Assembly (NCBI GenBank): GCA_051362555.1
Contig: CM120646.1
Span: 21,142,001 to 21,206,000, forward strand
Length of the DNA stretch: 64,000 bases
From: Lingula anatina
Taxonomy: Eukaryota; Animalia; Brachiopoda
Direction: 5' to 3'
Made by a program: the position numbers and the translations under genes. Position 1 is the stretch's first letter; each line of letters starts with the position of its first letter. The notes beneath the pieces were generated by a model. It worked only from the letters and a program-made list of their open reading frames with translations, was not told the origin of the DNA and made no database searches. This document shows positions 11,157 through 38,057 of the stretch, in pieces.

Positions 11157-14100
11157 GTGAGTAGCGAATTTACTCTTTTGAGTATCATATCTCCGTGTAT
11201 GATTAATATCAGGGCTAGATATGGCAGAGTTTGGCCGTGTTTTATCAGGGAAAGTGTAAACGATTACTCACATGCTAAAACAGGTGCCCCTCTTCCGCCC
11301 TCCAACCACATGCACTTTGACAGGCTTTCGTTCTTTGCTAAAACAGTGAAAAGTGCCGGCAGATTATTGTATTTAATGCTGTGCAGTGAACTTCTTGTGT
11401 TCCCTAAGAAATTGTACTGTTCAAATGCAGTGTCATATGACCGAAGTTACAAGCATTGAATTAGATAATATTTAACAAAGACGGCCAATGCATTAGGAAT
11501 TCCAGGTTTTTCTTAATAAATTATTGCAGTATTTCCTGCTGACTCTCCACAATGTTGGAATCGTGCTCTTGCCATAAAACAATATTCTGATTCTTAAAGA
11601 GGTAAATTATTGCACAGGATTTTTTTGCACAAGAAATTTTATTTTAGCTGTGTATGGTAGTAAATGTTGGAAAATTACTGCCCAGAAGTCTGATTATTCC
11701 CACCAGTCCAGTCCATATAGCCATTGCCCAGTATCGACTGGTTATATCATAATTACATTATGGGCTGGGTTTGGCCTCTGTTATTCTGCTTTGGTCTGGA
11801 GAGTGTTTCCTTAAAACCATAACATATATGTCTATTAATAGAGGGCACCTGCTGGGTCTGTGGTCATAGTATTTCTCCACTTCAGGGTTTGCTGTAAGTA
11901 CTCAATTAACCTTTTGCTTTAAGTGCTCAATTTACGTAGAGTCTAAACATTCTGGTGCTTTGAAGAAAGGTGAAGACTTGTGGCTTTTTTTTTTAGGGAG
12001 GTGGTGTGGTGTGGAAAAAGAGTTTTTATTAGTTCAGAGTGTAAAGGACAAACTCAACTTTTACTGACCATTGTGAAGTACAGTTTTCATACCTAGTATC
12101 ACTGTGGCTCAACATTTTTTGATTAGGGTCAAGTCATTAATTGTTAGCCAAATTAGTGAAAAAGTGTATCCCTCCATTTCTTCAACAGATTCCAATCATT
12201 TTAGCATTTGGTGAAATGTCATGCGAGGCACAGTTTGAGTACTAGTACATGTAAACACAACACTGCACTGGCAGAGCCCCTGACGTCTTGTGTAGATTTT
12301 GTTGCCAATTATAGCAGGCAGGAATTTTCAGGAGAAAAAAATGTTTATGATTGGCAAAATCTCTCAACATCTGTCAGTATGGAGGTGTGTGTGTGTGGGG
12401 GGGGGGGGGGGGGGGGAGGGGGGAATGCAGTGTTGTATACATATACATGTCTAGATGCAGTCTTTGCACTACCTAGCATACTGTGTTAAAATAATACAAA
12501 ACAGAGTGCAATTACCCATCAGAATTATTCATGACTCATGTCCTTTATTCTGTACAACCACTACCATTACACCTAAGTCATAAGAATATATATTTTTCAT
12601 GACTGGACCAGTGAATATGAAAATATGAGAAAGTTTTGAGGACTTGTGACAACATCAGGACTTGTCAAGCAAAGGCATCAGTAGAACATCAGTCAGTCAA
12701 ATATAGTGTCAGCTTGAAAGGCCTCTTTTTTTCCCTTCTTCACAATGATTCCTGTTGGCTTAAGTGCAAATTTAATTAAGGCTTCTGTCCGGATTAAGGA
12801 CATAGTAAAGTAAAGTCAACATTTGGGCTCAAAAATAATCAGGCCTGTAGATATTGAGCCAGTTCAAATACTCTTGACATTGTCCATGTGGATGATACAT
12901 GGCCAGTGAAAAATAAAATAATATTTCTGAGGCTGTTTATGTTCAGGTAGCATCTATTTCCTAGCCTGGCTTCTATGTTCTTCTGTGCTAAATCAGCTTT
13001 GCCACATGGAAATGAAGAAAGTAGTTGGTTCATTAATTATTAATATTACTTGAAATAATTTGCAAAATGATATTTTGACATAACAAAAGTGGTTCCCTGA
13101 TAATGCATTATTTTGCATTTTTTTCTTATTTTTGTTGTTGTTGATGATATTTTGAAATTCAAAGAAATTTTCTTTAAATATGATAAACATCGTAAAAATA
13201 GAAAACAGGTGCTTACAGAAATTCAATCTAGTTTGTTTGGAGTTACAATCTTCTTTTTCATTTGATTTTTGGGGAAAAAAGCTTTTAAAAGTACATTTAA
13301 AGCACAAATTAGACTTTGGTCTCCATTTGCACAGGCTGATTACATGTGATTTGTTTTCTGCAAAGTAATTTTCAATAGTCTATTCTTAGAAAAACATCAT
13401 TAGTCTTGAGGGCTGATGTTTCAACTGTTTTATAATGTGCTTCTCTTGCAATGCAAACAAAAAGAGAAGTTTGTATGGATTTTAAAATGCATCTGTTTCC
13501 TTTTCTAATTAATGAACTGTTACTGAAAAGTTAGGCAAATGCAGAAGCAAATATATTTTAATTTCAGTTCCAAGAAAAGCGTCTTGTATTTATGGAAAGC
13601 AAAAACGAATCTTTGACCACCTGCTGTGATAGGAAGGCTGATGAAGTAAATGTTACTAAGTACTAATATATAGCAAATAAATAAATATATAATAAATAAA
13701 TAAATAAAACATATATTAATTTAATTTGTGTTAAAGATGGAGAGCATTTCTTTGTTGTTTTGCAATCTCTGTCAGAAGGAGACTTGTAATACTTGTAATA
13801 CTGATAAATCTACTGGTAGATTAGGCAGTGGTGTAAACAGTTCAAACAATTTACGCATTTGTCATTTGTAGCAGACCAAGAGGTCATCTTCTCACGCTTA
13901 AAGCATTCAAACTAATTTTTTTTTTAAATCAAGCTTGTATTTGCTTTTAAAATGAAAATTATCATGTAACTGTTGGCTGAAATGACTAAGAAAATTTCCC
14001 ATTAAGTTTTGAAACTATGTTTATTTCAATTCACAATATATCAGAATGGGATGAATTTAATTTGCCTAATCCCACACCCTCTAATCTTCCACAAAAAAGG

Positions 14101-15030
14101 TATGCATGTAAGAGTTCAGATCAGTATGATCTGTTATTGCCTACAATCAGTCTCATAGAAAACCAGTGCACCATGTACTATTGTGTTTTTCTATAAATTT
14201 AATTAACTTCTATACAGAGCATTGGTAAGAAACTGCAATAAATCACGTAACTGTCAGTTATTATTAGTATCAACAGAAGTGTATAAAAAACTTGTGGCGT
14301 TACTTCAGATCCTGCCACAGGTAGCAGTTGACATTTGAGGACAAATTAAACTTGAGATTATCTTTCACGTATCAGGGATTACCTTACACGTATTTGACGA
14401 ATCCTTTTATCCTGCATTACGTGATGCGACTAAAACGACAAGAGCTCTTTATGTCTTCACAATGTTTCTTAAAAAAAGAAAAAGAAAAAAAATACAAACA
14501 CTGCGTGATGAAAGGTTTGCGTATGAACAAGGAGATTAACTTTTAAGTTTTTTGCTGTTGTTTGTGTTACCTGGCTGTCCGCGATAGTTTGATGTTGATA
14601 TGTCTTGAATTATGTTGAAAGGTGAGCTTTGGTTATATTTTACAATGAGCTTGTTTGAAGTTTCAAATGACTTTATCCCTGCTTTTATCAGTATGGGAAT
14701 TTTTAATGCCAAGAGTGCCTGTAAAACTACCTGTCTTGCACACTAAGATGCTGGTAGGTATTTTTTTACCTGTAGAATGGCAATCATGTTGTTAAAGAAA
14801 TCCAATTTGATGTCAAGTAAACCTCCCTTCTCCATTGAACAAAAAGGAACATAATTGATAAAAACTGCTACAGTGTAGCTTAATATTGGCAGTACATAAA
14901 AATGCTATATATCACATTTAAGTCAATTTTTTTTCTTTTTCTGAAAACACCCTGAACCCATCAAGGGGAAATAGCTTTTGATCTTTACTTATGTTTTTAC
15001 AAACACACACACACACACACACACGCATGC

Positions 15031-15066
<36 letters not shown>

Positions 15067-16945
15067 AGTGTTGGATATATTCAGCAAATTCTACACTACA
15101 AGTTGCCATATGTAGAGACTGTCAAATAAACACATTTATTGTTTACGTTGTATCTTAGCAACTTTATCAAAACACATGGCAGCCATAACTGTGAAATCAA
15201 TAGCGTAATCATATCTCGAGGAGGAATGATTGACAGACCAAGACATAAGATACAGCCAGCATGACCATAAAAATGGATGTTATTCCGTCAGAATCAATTT
15301 ACAGAATCATGCAATGTAAAATTTGCTGTGACAGTCAGAGCTTTTGTTGTATACCCTTTGGATAATGGAGTGCTTCACGGAATGGACCATTTGTCTTCCT
15401 TGTACTTTCGTGTAGCAGATATAAATAATAGATATGAAACAGTATTCTCTTCCTGTTGTCAGTTGCCTCCCTTAGTTGCAGAAACAAAATACTTGTAAAA
15501 ACTCATCTGCCATTTCTGCTATCAGGCGAGATACCAGCAGTAATACGAAGCTTACAGTGTGGCAGTGAATATGTTTTGATATATTTATTTCAAATATATG
15601 GCAGTGTAAACTCAGCCCTATAAAAATATTTCGCTGTTCATAGAATTGAGCAAATATTGTGTTATTCTTGGACTCAAAGTGCATTAGAAAATTAAAGCAG
15701 CTGAAAGGGGTTTCTTACTTTCAGAAGACATTTAGCAATACATTTTTCATACTTTCTAAAAGGATATTTTGATACCCTGAACTGAACTATCAATTGGCTG
15801 ATATTTATTTAAAAGCTGCTACATACTTGGCTAGTATAACATTGCATTGATTATGAGGAATGAATATAGTAAGAAAGGGACTTATTTTTGTAGTAACCTT
15901 TGTAGTTCAAGTACTTAGTGTTATCTCTGCTAAGAAAAATGCAAACAATTGCAGAATGAAGTGAAATAGAAAGGAAAAAAAGAGAGAGAAAATTAAAATC
16001 CACAAGTAGATTAAAGTTTAGAAAAGCATTCCTTTTAACAGGGTCATCTTTTCCTTAATAAGACCCAGCACCAAAAAATGCTTTATTGTTCGCAAAAGAA
16101 TCTACATAAATTCCTGAAATGTTTTAACCCCAGCATGGAAAAATAGTAATACAATTGGTTTTATGTCTGTTTACATGAACTGATTGGTTTTTTATTGGTG
16201 CTCTGACATGGTTTCACTTGTTAACCGCATGTTTATGTGAAAAAATGGTCGGTATTAATCTTGTTGAAGCGGTGGTGTAATGTTTTAGTTTCAGCCATTG
16301 TTTTATAAATTGGTTCCTGATTTCAGCGGTTTTTGGGCCTAGGACTCAACAGCAAGACAACATATGGAGAAATGTTCTCTTAATTTGAGTTATTGTGGTT
16401 TAGCATTAGTATAAATTCCAATGAGTGTTATCTGTGAGTGATCAAACTTAAAGCCTTGTAACATGTGTGCATCTGCTTTTTTTCCTGCGGTTGACATTAC
16501 GTTTAGAGGCTTCGTGAAAGTCTTTTGATGCTTTCAAAAGAAGAAAAAAGAACGATTTTCAGTTTGCACCAAGAAAAATGCAGTTCCATAAGGTTTAGAT
16601 TTATCGTTGAAAAAGCACATGTTTATTACCCGGGGCAGTGATCTAAGGGCATAAAAACCCTTGTAACAGTATCATTTACTGGCCATTTGTAAACAGCATT
16701 TTCATTGAGCCTGTAAAATCTTCTTAGCTTAGCACCAGAAGCCCAGGAAAAAAAATCTGAAAAATGGTCTGTAGGTCTACACATTTTGACCAAATTCAGA
16801 TGTGTCTTGACCCTCTAAATTTAATTCAGGGTTAAGTTTTAAAATGAAATATTATGGACCTGTCAACAACAAGGAAGAAAAGACTCCTATTGAAAAGCAA
16901 TATGTACCATATTCTTTTAAAAGGATAACTGGACTTTTAGCCTGA

Positions 16946-18035
16946 AGGCCACACTTTTTAATTTTATGGATGACATCCTGCGCGCGCACCGATTTTCGTC
17001 CGTTCTCCCCCCCCCCCAAACCCCCCCCCCCCCCCACCGCCCCCAAACCGCCCCCCCCCCCCCCCCCCCAAAGGAAGTCGGTTGTCGCAAACATCGTTAT
17101 TGAATTTGCCGGAAAATGCAATCGGCAATTCTCTGCTAATTCCGCAAGCTCCATACTGTCATTGTCGACTGCGGAGACATCCGAGTAGTTCCGAGTGTGA
17201 AATGAGCTTTCTGCACATGCGTATTATCACCACATGGAAATATGGCCGTTTTGCCGTCAACTTCATCTCTAGCATTAATTTCAAAATACACGACAATTAA
17301 AGTCATAAAGAGAACGGGGGCCGTCGTTTTGGATTGGTTTGCCATTGATATTGGACATGGAGATATCACCCTTTTACAATTTACGAAAGGCTGGCCGCGG
17401 CCAGCAATCATCGCCCGGAAATTTCAGTGACATTCTGTCCAAAGCAGCACATACCAGTTTCTTTTTGGAGCGAAAAAAGGGTCGACAAGAGCGTCGCGGT
17501 ATTTGGTGGACTGAAGGTCGGACAGGCCACCCGATAGTTGGCTGCTAGCGTGTGAGTCAAAGTAGACAAAATGGCATCGACCGAAATTACCTTAGTAGTA
17601 GGAAGCATAGGCCTATCTTTGCTTAATTTTTTTAACAATTCTGTGAAGTGTTTACAATGCTTTAATTTCTGAGAGTACAAATAAAGACACGCTATTTATT
17701 TGATATTTGTCTATTGGTTTTCTATACCAAACAGAATGCATGAAATAACCTTAAATAGATTTGGTATATGCAGCATATATATTCATGACTTTTTACCTTT
17801 CTACGAAGTAGGCCCTATTCACAATGCTTTAATATTTTGAGAGCATGGATAAAGGCATGTTGTTAGTTTGATACGTGTTTCTGTGGTAAATTAGTGTTTC
17901 CAGCTGTGTACTGAAAACATAACTTTCTTAAGCAGTTTTTTTTTTTTTTGGGACTGTTTTTTTTTTTTCGCCCGCTCGCACCGACTTTGGGGTCCCCAGA
18001 GGATGTCATCCATAAAAATAAAAAAAGTGTGGCCT
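16946..18035. mobile_element. Non-autonomous DNA transposon (~1.09 kb)
   Basis: ~34-bp TIRs AGGCCACACTTTTTAATTTTATGGATGACATCCT ... AGGATGTCATCCATAAAAATAAAAAAAGTGTGGCCT; no transposase ORF inside. Confidence 0.85.
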
Positions 18036-18243
18036 TATTGAAGTAGACCAGAAATTTGGCTGAAAAAATCTTAAGTTTTGGAAGAAATTAATGCTTTCAT
18101 TGTAAGGAACCTTTTCTAATTCAAATGGCATTAAGAGTAGCTTACTAGTTGTAGATACTTAGTATATGAGTGGTTACAAAATGGATAATTTATCCATAAT
18201 ATATATCATAAATGTAATGTTCTATTTTTGAACTATTTTTCAG

Positions 18244-31050
<12,807 letters not shown>

Positions 31051-32780
31051 GGACTGAAAAATATCCCTGAGGATTTAAAAAAAATTTTTTTAAAGTTCTT
31101 TTTAAATACTGAAGATAATACACAAGACTCTTATCTGCCATTATGAAAGTTTATGTAGCTTTTTTTTTTGTAAGTGGACAAAAGCACATTGAACTAACCC
31201 ACCTAGGCTGTTTGCCATTCAGTGTTATGAACTGTGTTCTATACTGTTTGATCTGCTGTAATATTAAACTATGCAATACATGATGACAGTAAGGTGCTTG
31301 CATGACCTTTGACATTGTGACCTTTGTCCTTGTGACCCCTGACCTTGTGGCCATGTGACCTTTGAACTTACTGCTTGTTGCTAATGGTTACTGCACACAA
31401 TGTGGGTTAGCCCCTCAACATAAAAAATAAGTTGCTAAATGACCATACAGAAAAAAACAGTTTGCTAATTACTTATGTTTTAGTTTGTTTATGGATTGAT
31501 TGTCATATGGCTCAGTGTAAATTGACGCAATCAATGTGTTCATATAGACCATTTTTACCCCTACGATGCCAAGTGTTAATCTGCTTGTCAATTTTTGTGT
31601 GTAATTTGATGGCAGAAGTGAATTTTCCTAAGGTTGAGATTGGAGTGTATATTTATTTGCATTGTCATCATTAAGAATTTGTATTAATTATTGATGTAAG
31701 ATAATATTCTTATACAAATTCTGATTCAAATATTTATGGCAGCAGAGGCTGTGCTTATTTTTCTAGTCCAATATTTGTACATATGAGATAAGTCAAATTG
31801 TATATATTCAGTAATGAGATCATTAATTACCCTTTTATGAATGGGTTTTATTTGCCAAATACTGTGAAAAAACATTTTTGTTTTCTTATTTTGCCTTTAG
31901 TGGCAGTTGCCTTGCAAATTTGAGAAAAAAATGAGAAGTAATGAAGATTCCTTTGTAGTGTATTGAAAACGATATGATTGGTTCGGTTCAAGGTTTTTGC
32001 CCATACTAGTTTTACTAAGTATGTTTAACTTTTTATAGTGCCTTCTTATTAATTAACTTCCCTATTACAAGATGCCTGCTGGTGAACTAATTTTATTGGC
32101 TTTTGTACATGCTATGAGGTTTTATGCATTTCATATAATTGACAAGCTGTATCCAGACCAGCACTTTCTTATGAAAGTGCATAATAGCTCTTTTCTCAAG
32201 GCAGGGCCTTTTTTACTCCTACGTACATCTTTTTCACTTAATTTGTCTCCTTATCCTATACCTTCATGATTTATATCATTTTTTTCTGCAGTTTTATGCC
32301 TAACAAATCTAGAAATTTTACTTGAAATGGATGTAATATAAAGTAAAAATTCTTTTTTTTTTTTTTTTTTTGCCAATTTAAAAAATTTACCATGTTACCA
32401 GTTTTTAATTATTGATTAGTTTGTGAATAAGGCTTAATTATTTTTACTCTAAGAGTAAGACAAAATGACATATACTTTATTACATTCAACATGCAACTGT
32501 GTTGCAACAAACATTTTTTGATAAGTTAAAAATATTAAGTGATGTAATATTGTTGATTATTTTCTGTTCTGGAGCTTATATTATAGACAGTTTTGAAACT
32601 TATATGACGTTATTTATACATACTATTACATGTATATGATAAATAATCATGTCGCGAACTCTTTACATGAATAAATGAAAATATAAAACAACCTTTGCTC
32701 TTCTTTCTTAATAGATTCTTAAGCTACATCAATACTATTTCGAGCAGTGGAGTTTCTGTGGTGGTGTAATATTACTAGCA

Positions 32781-34952
32781 TTATATTACTACTTGATTTT
32801 TCTCAATGGAAATCGTATGAGATCGTCCAGTCTTGCGGCTTCGCGGAAACCCATGCAAATGTAAAATTGCTGTAGTTGTGCCCAATACATTGCGTCCGCT
32901 GCCGTGTGGCTCTTTGTACCAGAGAGGGTGTCTTCAGAAGGAAATTAAGGTAATAAAAATAGGGTTTCTTCACTTTTTAGATAAACGAAGATACATGAAA
33001 AAGATTACACAATTCAAATGAAGGAAATTCACAACTCTGGCATGAAGAAAGTAATATTTCAAATGACTGCATCTTTTGTAATTATTTCGGTGATAATATT
33101 ATCATTTACCTCCCAGTGTACAACTCGAAGATCATCACACCGAGAGCAAAGTAATCCGCCTGAACGGACGCAGAATTGCGCATGAGAATTTCTGGGGCGA
33201 GGTTCTTGGTGATGGTGTAAGCTACCATCCCCGGTCCCCAGCTACTCTCTCCGCTCTCGTTACAGCGGTGGGCGGACCCCAAATCACACTGGAACATAAA
33301 GTAAATAGGAATGTATTAACAACGAGTTATGTATGACTTATCATTCAATGCGGTGTTTCATTTTGCACCATATGAAAAAAAAAAAAAATTAGAACACCCA
33401 TCAATAAAGAGAACTGGAAATCCTCTATTTGATGAATCGCTGAACATTATTTTATCAGACATGACGTATACGTAAACCGTGACCGTTTTCTTACAGATGA
33501 TATTCTATTCTAGGCACCGCACCTTACAGTTATACACTAAAAAATCTCCTTTATTTTGATAGAAAACTTTGAAAATTCCCCGTTTTTACGGATATGATTG
33601 TAGCTCACCACTTTGGGGCTATACAGACGGACACCGTGATGAACTTGACAGCCCTTGACTCTAGTATGCCGCTAAAAATAGAAATCGTTACGTGAATGAA
33701 AACAAAACAGAACAACGGTTGTATTCTTTTGAATCTTATCTAGTTGTTTTATTTTAAAGAAAAAGAATAGAATTGTCTGGGTGACAAAAATAAATAAATA
33801 AATAAACAAATAAATAAAGAAAATAAAATAAAATTGAGAAAAATTTTAAAAAAGCAGAAAGATATGGGACCACACATTTTAAATGACAAAATAAAAAAGA
33901 GACGAGGGGAAAATAAAATTAGATTTATGAAATAAAAACGTACTGATAATCGGTCAGACGCTGCAAGTCAAGTGGGCAAAGTTCTGTCAAAACAACAGGT
34001 CAGTCAGGCTTTACGTCAAATGAGTGGTGCAAACTAAAAATATCAATGGAAAATAACTTAAACCAAAACATAAAATGATAACTGCTGAAAGGCAAGAACT
34101 TCCATAATCCATGGTCGCAGTCTTCATATGAATATTTATAAATTAAACAGGTAATAATAAATTTAAGGAATTGAATAAAATAAATGGACAAACTTAGCTG
34201 CACAAAAATGAAAAGAATAAGATGATTAATATATTTCTAAAAAAAGAAGAGTAAATGCTCACCGCAAAATAAAATCGCTCTTCAGTTCTTTCAAGAGTCT
34301 GATCTCTTTTTCAAATGCTTGAGCCCTATCAATGTCTACCGGCACTTTTAATGCCCAGTCGTTTGAAAACTAAAGGTGAAATAAAGAATAATCTTGCTGT
34401 ACAGCACTCGGCTCTCTATTTAATTTAACAATACAAAAGCAAACCAATAATTTTAGTGTTTCAGCTTATATATTAATAAAAAGTGTTTCAGCTTATATAT
34501 TGCCACAAAAGATATTTTCGTCTTACTCTTAGAGTAAAAATAATTGGTCATCACTCACCTTGTACACATGACCATAGCTACCGAAGCCCAATATCTTCTG
34601 TCCAGGAAATTCATTCAAGTAAAGATTTCGGATCTGTTGATAAGAAAAGCTCGTGGTAAATAATATTCAAGTTATTTTCGTCAAAAACTAGATAAATATA
34701 ACAGCTAGACATTCTCAGTTTTTACCTAACCGCAAGCCTTTTTGTTCTATATTTCGAAAAGTCAGCGTCGTCGATTATAACATGCTGGCCAAATTTTCAG
34801 ATCTAGATCTAAGCCGAAGAAGGGGATCAAGAGAAAATAAAGTTTTTTTCTGAAATTTCAATACAAATATATGCCTACTAAACAGAAATTTACCTTATTC
34901 TCCAGAGCTCTCCATTTGATGCATTCATAAATAAGTTGCACACCCAAAAACG
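32781..34952 (-). pseudogene. Decayed multi-exon protein kinase gene (pseudogene or pseudokinase)
   Basis: Phase-consistent exons 34952-34894, 34633-34559 (ILGFGSYGHVYK), 34369-34263 (WALK...FEKEIRLLKEL), 34033-33944 (LHHSFDVKPD*PVVLTELCPLDL, in-frame TGA at 34002-34000), 33671-33609; then 33288-33110 (DLG...LAPE...DYFALGVMIFELYTG) and 32931-32781. No HRD catalytic-loop exon found and phases mismatch across that gap. Confidence 0.75.
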
Positions 34953-35278
34953 CTAGATGCGAAAGGATTATCAATTCAAATGAAATAGAAACTATCACAA
35001 ATTGCTTTCTTTTACGCTAAATCTTGAAACTTTGCCGTTACTACCTGACGTAATGATGGCGTTACGTCATGCCTGGCGAAGATCTATGACATCACAATAC
35101 TGTAACGTAAGGTCATCAAGGGATTCCCGCCAAAATTGGCATGTGACCGCTATGATCATCAATTAAAAAATGAGCTCTCTTCCTTCCCTTTTTTATCATA
35201 TTGTGTCTTTATTTTCATTGGTGTACATAACTGTAAATTTAGGAACGGAGGGAGATAAGAAGGGATAATACAGACATA

Positions 35279-35827
35279 TAGGCTATTCACACTAGCACTT
35301 TTAACCGCGGTCAAGGCCTGCCCTCGGTCCTATCGCGGTTAACTTTTCTAATATGAACGGACGACTTAGCCCTGACCGCGGTCGAAATAAACCCAGATTG
35401 GGAGGTGGGTATAATCGGAGTACACTCCTGACCGCGGTCAAGACCGGATGTCTACATATGAAGCGCATGCGCACAAGTGTATCGTCATTTGAGCTCCCGA
35501 CATGTTTCACAGGGGCCGTAGCGATAGTCCGAAGGTTCAATAGTCCGAAGGTTCATTGGTCCGAATGTTCACTATAGAACCTTCGGACCAATGAACCCTT
35601 GATTAAAAAATCGATAAAAATGCTACCACTTTTCGGACCAATGAACCTTCGAACCAATGAACCTTCGGACTATCGAGACGCCCCCGTTTCACAGATTCTA
35701 GTAAGAGCGCATGCTGAGATTCTACCACTACTGATCGCTGCCGGTGTCAGTGTAAACGCGGTTTGGTTGACCGCGGTCAAATCGGAGTAAACTCAACCGC
35801 GGTTAACGTTCTAATGTGAATGGCCTA
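35279..35827. mobile_element. MITE (PIF/Harbinger-like termini) carrying a nested element
   Basis: TIRs TAGGCTATTCACACTAG...TTAACCGCGGT and ACCGCGGTTAA...CTAATGTGAATGGCCTA; repeated internal GACCGCGGTC palindromes; AT-rich target site. Confidence 0.75.
35512..35685. mobile_element. Nested 174-bp MITE with 8-bp TSD (Merlin-like GG ends)
   Basis: TSD GTTTCACA at 35504-35511 and 35686-35693; TIR GGGGCCGTAGCGATAGTCCGAAGGTTCA vs reverse complement GGGGGCGTCTCGATAGTCCGAAGGTTCA; subterminal 15-bp tandem repeats. Confidence 0.85.
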
Positions 35828-37172
35828 ATAAACAACCGTCTCTAGCTTTTACGGTGCCAAAATAAAAAAGTTATCAGTTTCAGCACGTTGCGCTATGTAA
35901 ATGCCTCGATTAAGCCCAAAATCTAGCGTATTTAGGTGGATAACTTAAGCGGCATATTTCTATTACATGAGGATAGTCATGAAGAGATGCATATGCGGCA
36001 ACTTGTATCCAGCGACGTGCGGCGGTCAGTTTGGAGGCAAACCGATCCCCCCTGCACTAGTGGTACAATAAAACAAACAAAAATTGATTATAAAAACTTT
36101 ATTTAATCTGTTTTTCCTATGTGTTTTATGTACATTTCATCACACAATATCACAGATGAGAGTTAGGCGAAGATTATGAAACTTTCCCCGGGGAAAATTC
36201 ATAACTTTTCAATTTTTTTGCGTAATACATTTACTACATTTTCTAAACATCATAAAACAACCTCTCTAGGAAAACACTTGCAATTTTATATTCTGTAAAT
36301 AAGCAATGTTAAAAATTCACAGTAAACACACAAACAAAAAAATAATAATCACACAAAATAAAAATACAATCTCTGACAAAATATTTGTCAGAAGTTATAA
36401 TTCATGAAAGATTACTGAATGCCTGAATGCAGTCAGTGTAGAAAAGAAGCATAGATCTACCCTGAATGACTTACTGAAATAACAAAATGCACTCTGTTAA
36501 AGTCCACAACGTCCTTAACTAGTATAATAAAAAAAGATAATATACTTCAAATGATCACCAGCAATAAAGAAATAGGCACACATGAAGTACAGATATCTCC
36601 ATAGTAGCTGTGATTACTGGTAAATGATATAAAAAAACTCTGTCCTCCGTCTAAAAAGAGTATGTTCTCTTTGTCAGCAGCTACTTGGGTCAAAACATTA
36701 AAAAATTATTATTTTATTTCACTAGTATAAATTAAAAGTTTCCTTCATTATCAAATCCCACCAAGAAAAATATGGACTCATGACTTAAAAAAAATTCTTC
36801 ATGCAAATCTTTGAGTCTTTGTATTACACACACTTGACAAAAATAGAATTAAAGTGATTCAAAGAGTACTGTAATATTGTTCTATCACAGACAGTAAAGC
36901 TTAGGGAAGTGACTGATAGGAAATATACGCTGTCATTTGGCTCCCTGAGTTTACTATGTACAGAAACCTGATAATAGTATATATATTTTATGCCACAATG
37001 ATATATACAAATTAACATTAAAGATTAAGAAACAAGAAAAATGACATATGATATTAATTATGGTAAAAATGTGATGCTGCAATTTTAGCGCCCTTTATCA
37101 TTTTTGCTCCTGAACATCATCTATAATATCTACTTATAAATGTATATGTCAAACATCATCTATAATATCCAG

Positions 37173-37176
<4 letters not shown>

Positions 37177-37243
<67 letters not shown>
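37177..37243. repeat. (TA)n microsatellite
   Basis: About 33 TA units. Other simple repeats: poly-T ~10659-10705, (CA)n ~15003-15060, (AAT)n ~39672-39714. Confidence 0.95.
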
Positions 37244-37247
<4 letters not shown>

Positions 37248-38057
37248 CCCATATAGCAAAAATTATTAAATAAAATAAAAATTAACTGTCTATCTATTAT
37301 ATCAAAATCACAAATTTATAAAAAAAAAATTCTTACATATAAAATCTTTTACGTAATATCCCGGAAATAAAAACTTTAGGGCACTCTTTAAATTTCCTCT
37401 TACAGCCTTTATCAATAAGTAAAAAATTAATGGTTTCAACTTGCACAACAGAGATAAATTTTATTGGTGTGATCACTGGTGTTAAACATTTCTACAAAAA
37501 ATTCCAAAAATAAAGAAATTCTTTACCTGCACATACTGTTTTATAAAGTCACATAAATAAAAAAAAGGAAATACTGATCAATAATGTATATGAGGAATGC
37601 TTCTGGTATTCAGCTTAAAATTCACATCTTGTATATTTGTGTATATAAAGAAAATAAAACCTCAGGACTTATGCCTTCAGTGCCCTCATTACTGTATCCA
37701 CACCCTGTATTTACCATTTTATTTTTACTGATTCAGTCCTGATCTCTTTATCCTATGATATATTGTTTCATCAAAAATAACTATTGTATTTATGGCACAC
37801 AAGATCAACAATTCCATATTAGCAACTTAGCAGACCTGCCTGTTTTCACAATTTTAATGCCCCAAACCTATCATGCCAACACACAAGCCTTGGTTTCAAA
37901 AAAAAAAAAAAAAAAAAAAAAAAATCAGAATGTTTAACCCCAGCCTCCCCCGAGATTTTATTGCACACCTTGACAAAGCGCAGGGACCATCAGAATTGAA
38001 TTAAAAAAATGCAGAATTCCACATTTCCGTGGAAAAAGCTGATGTCTGTGCCTACGT

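Noticed and set aside
10956-11459. 167-aa ORF in the CpG-rich region
   Set aside because: No recognisable domain and it runs through a strong splice donor at 11157; at most the part before 11156 could be exonic.
33995-34005. In-frame TGA in the kinase as selenocysteine
   Set aside because: No SECIS recognised and other lesions (missing HRD exon) favour decay.
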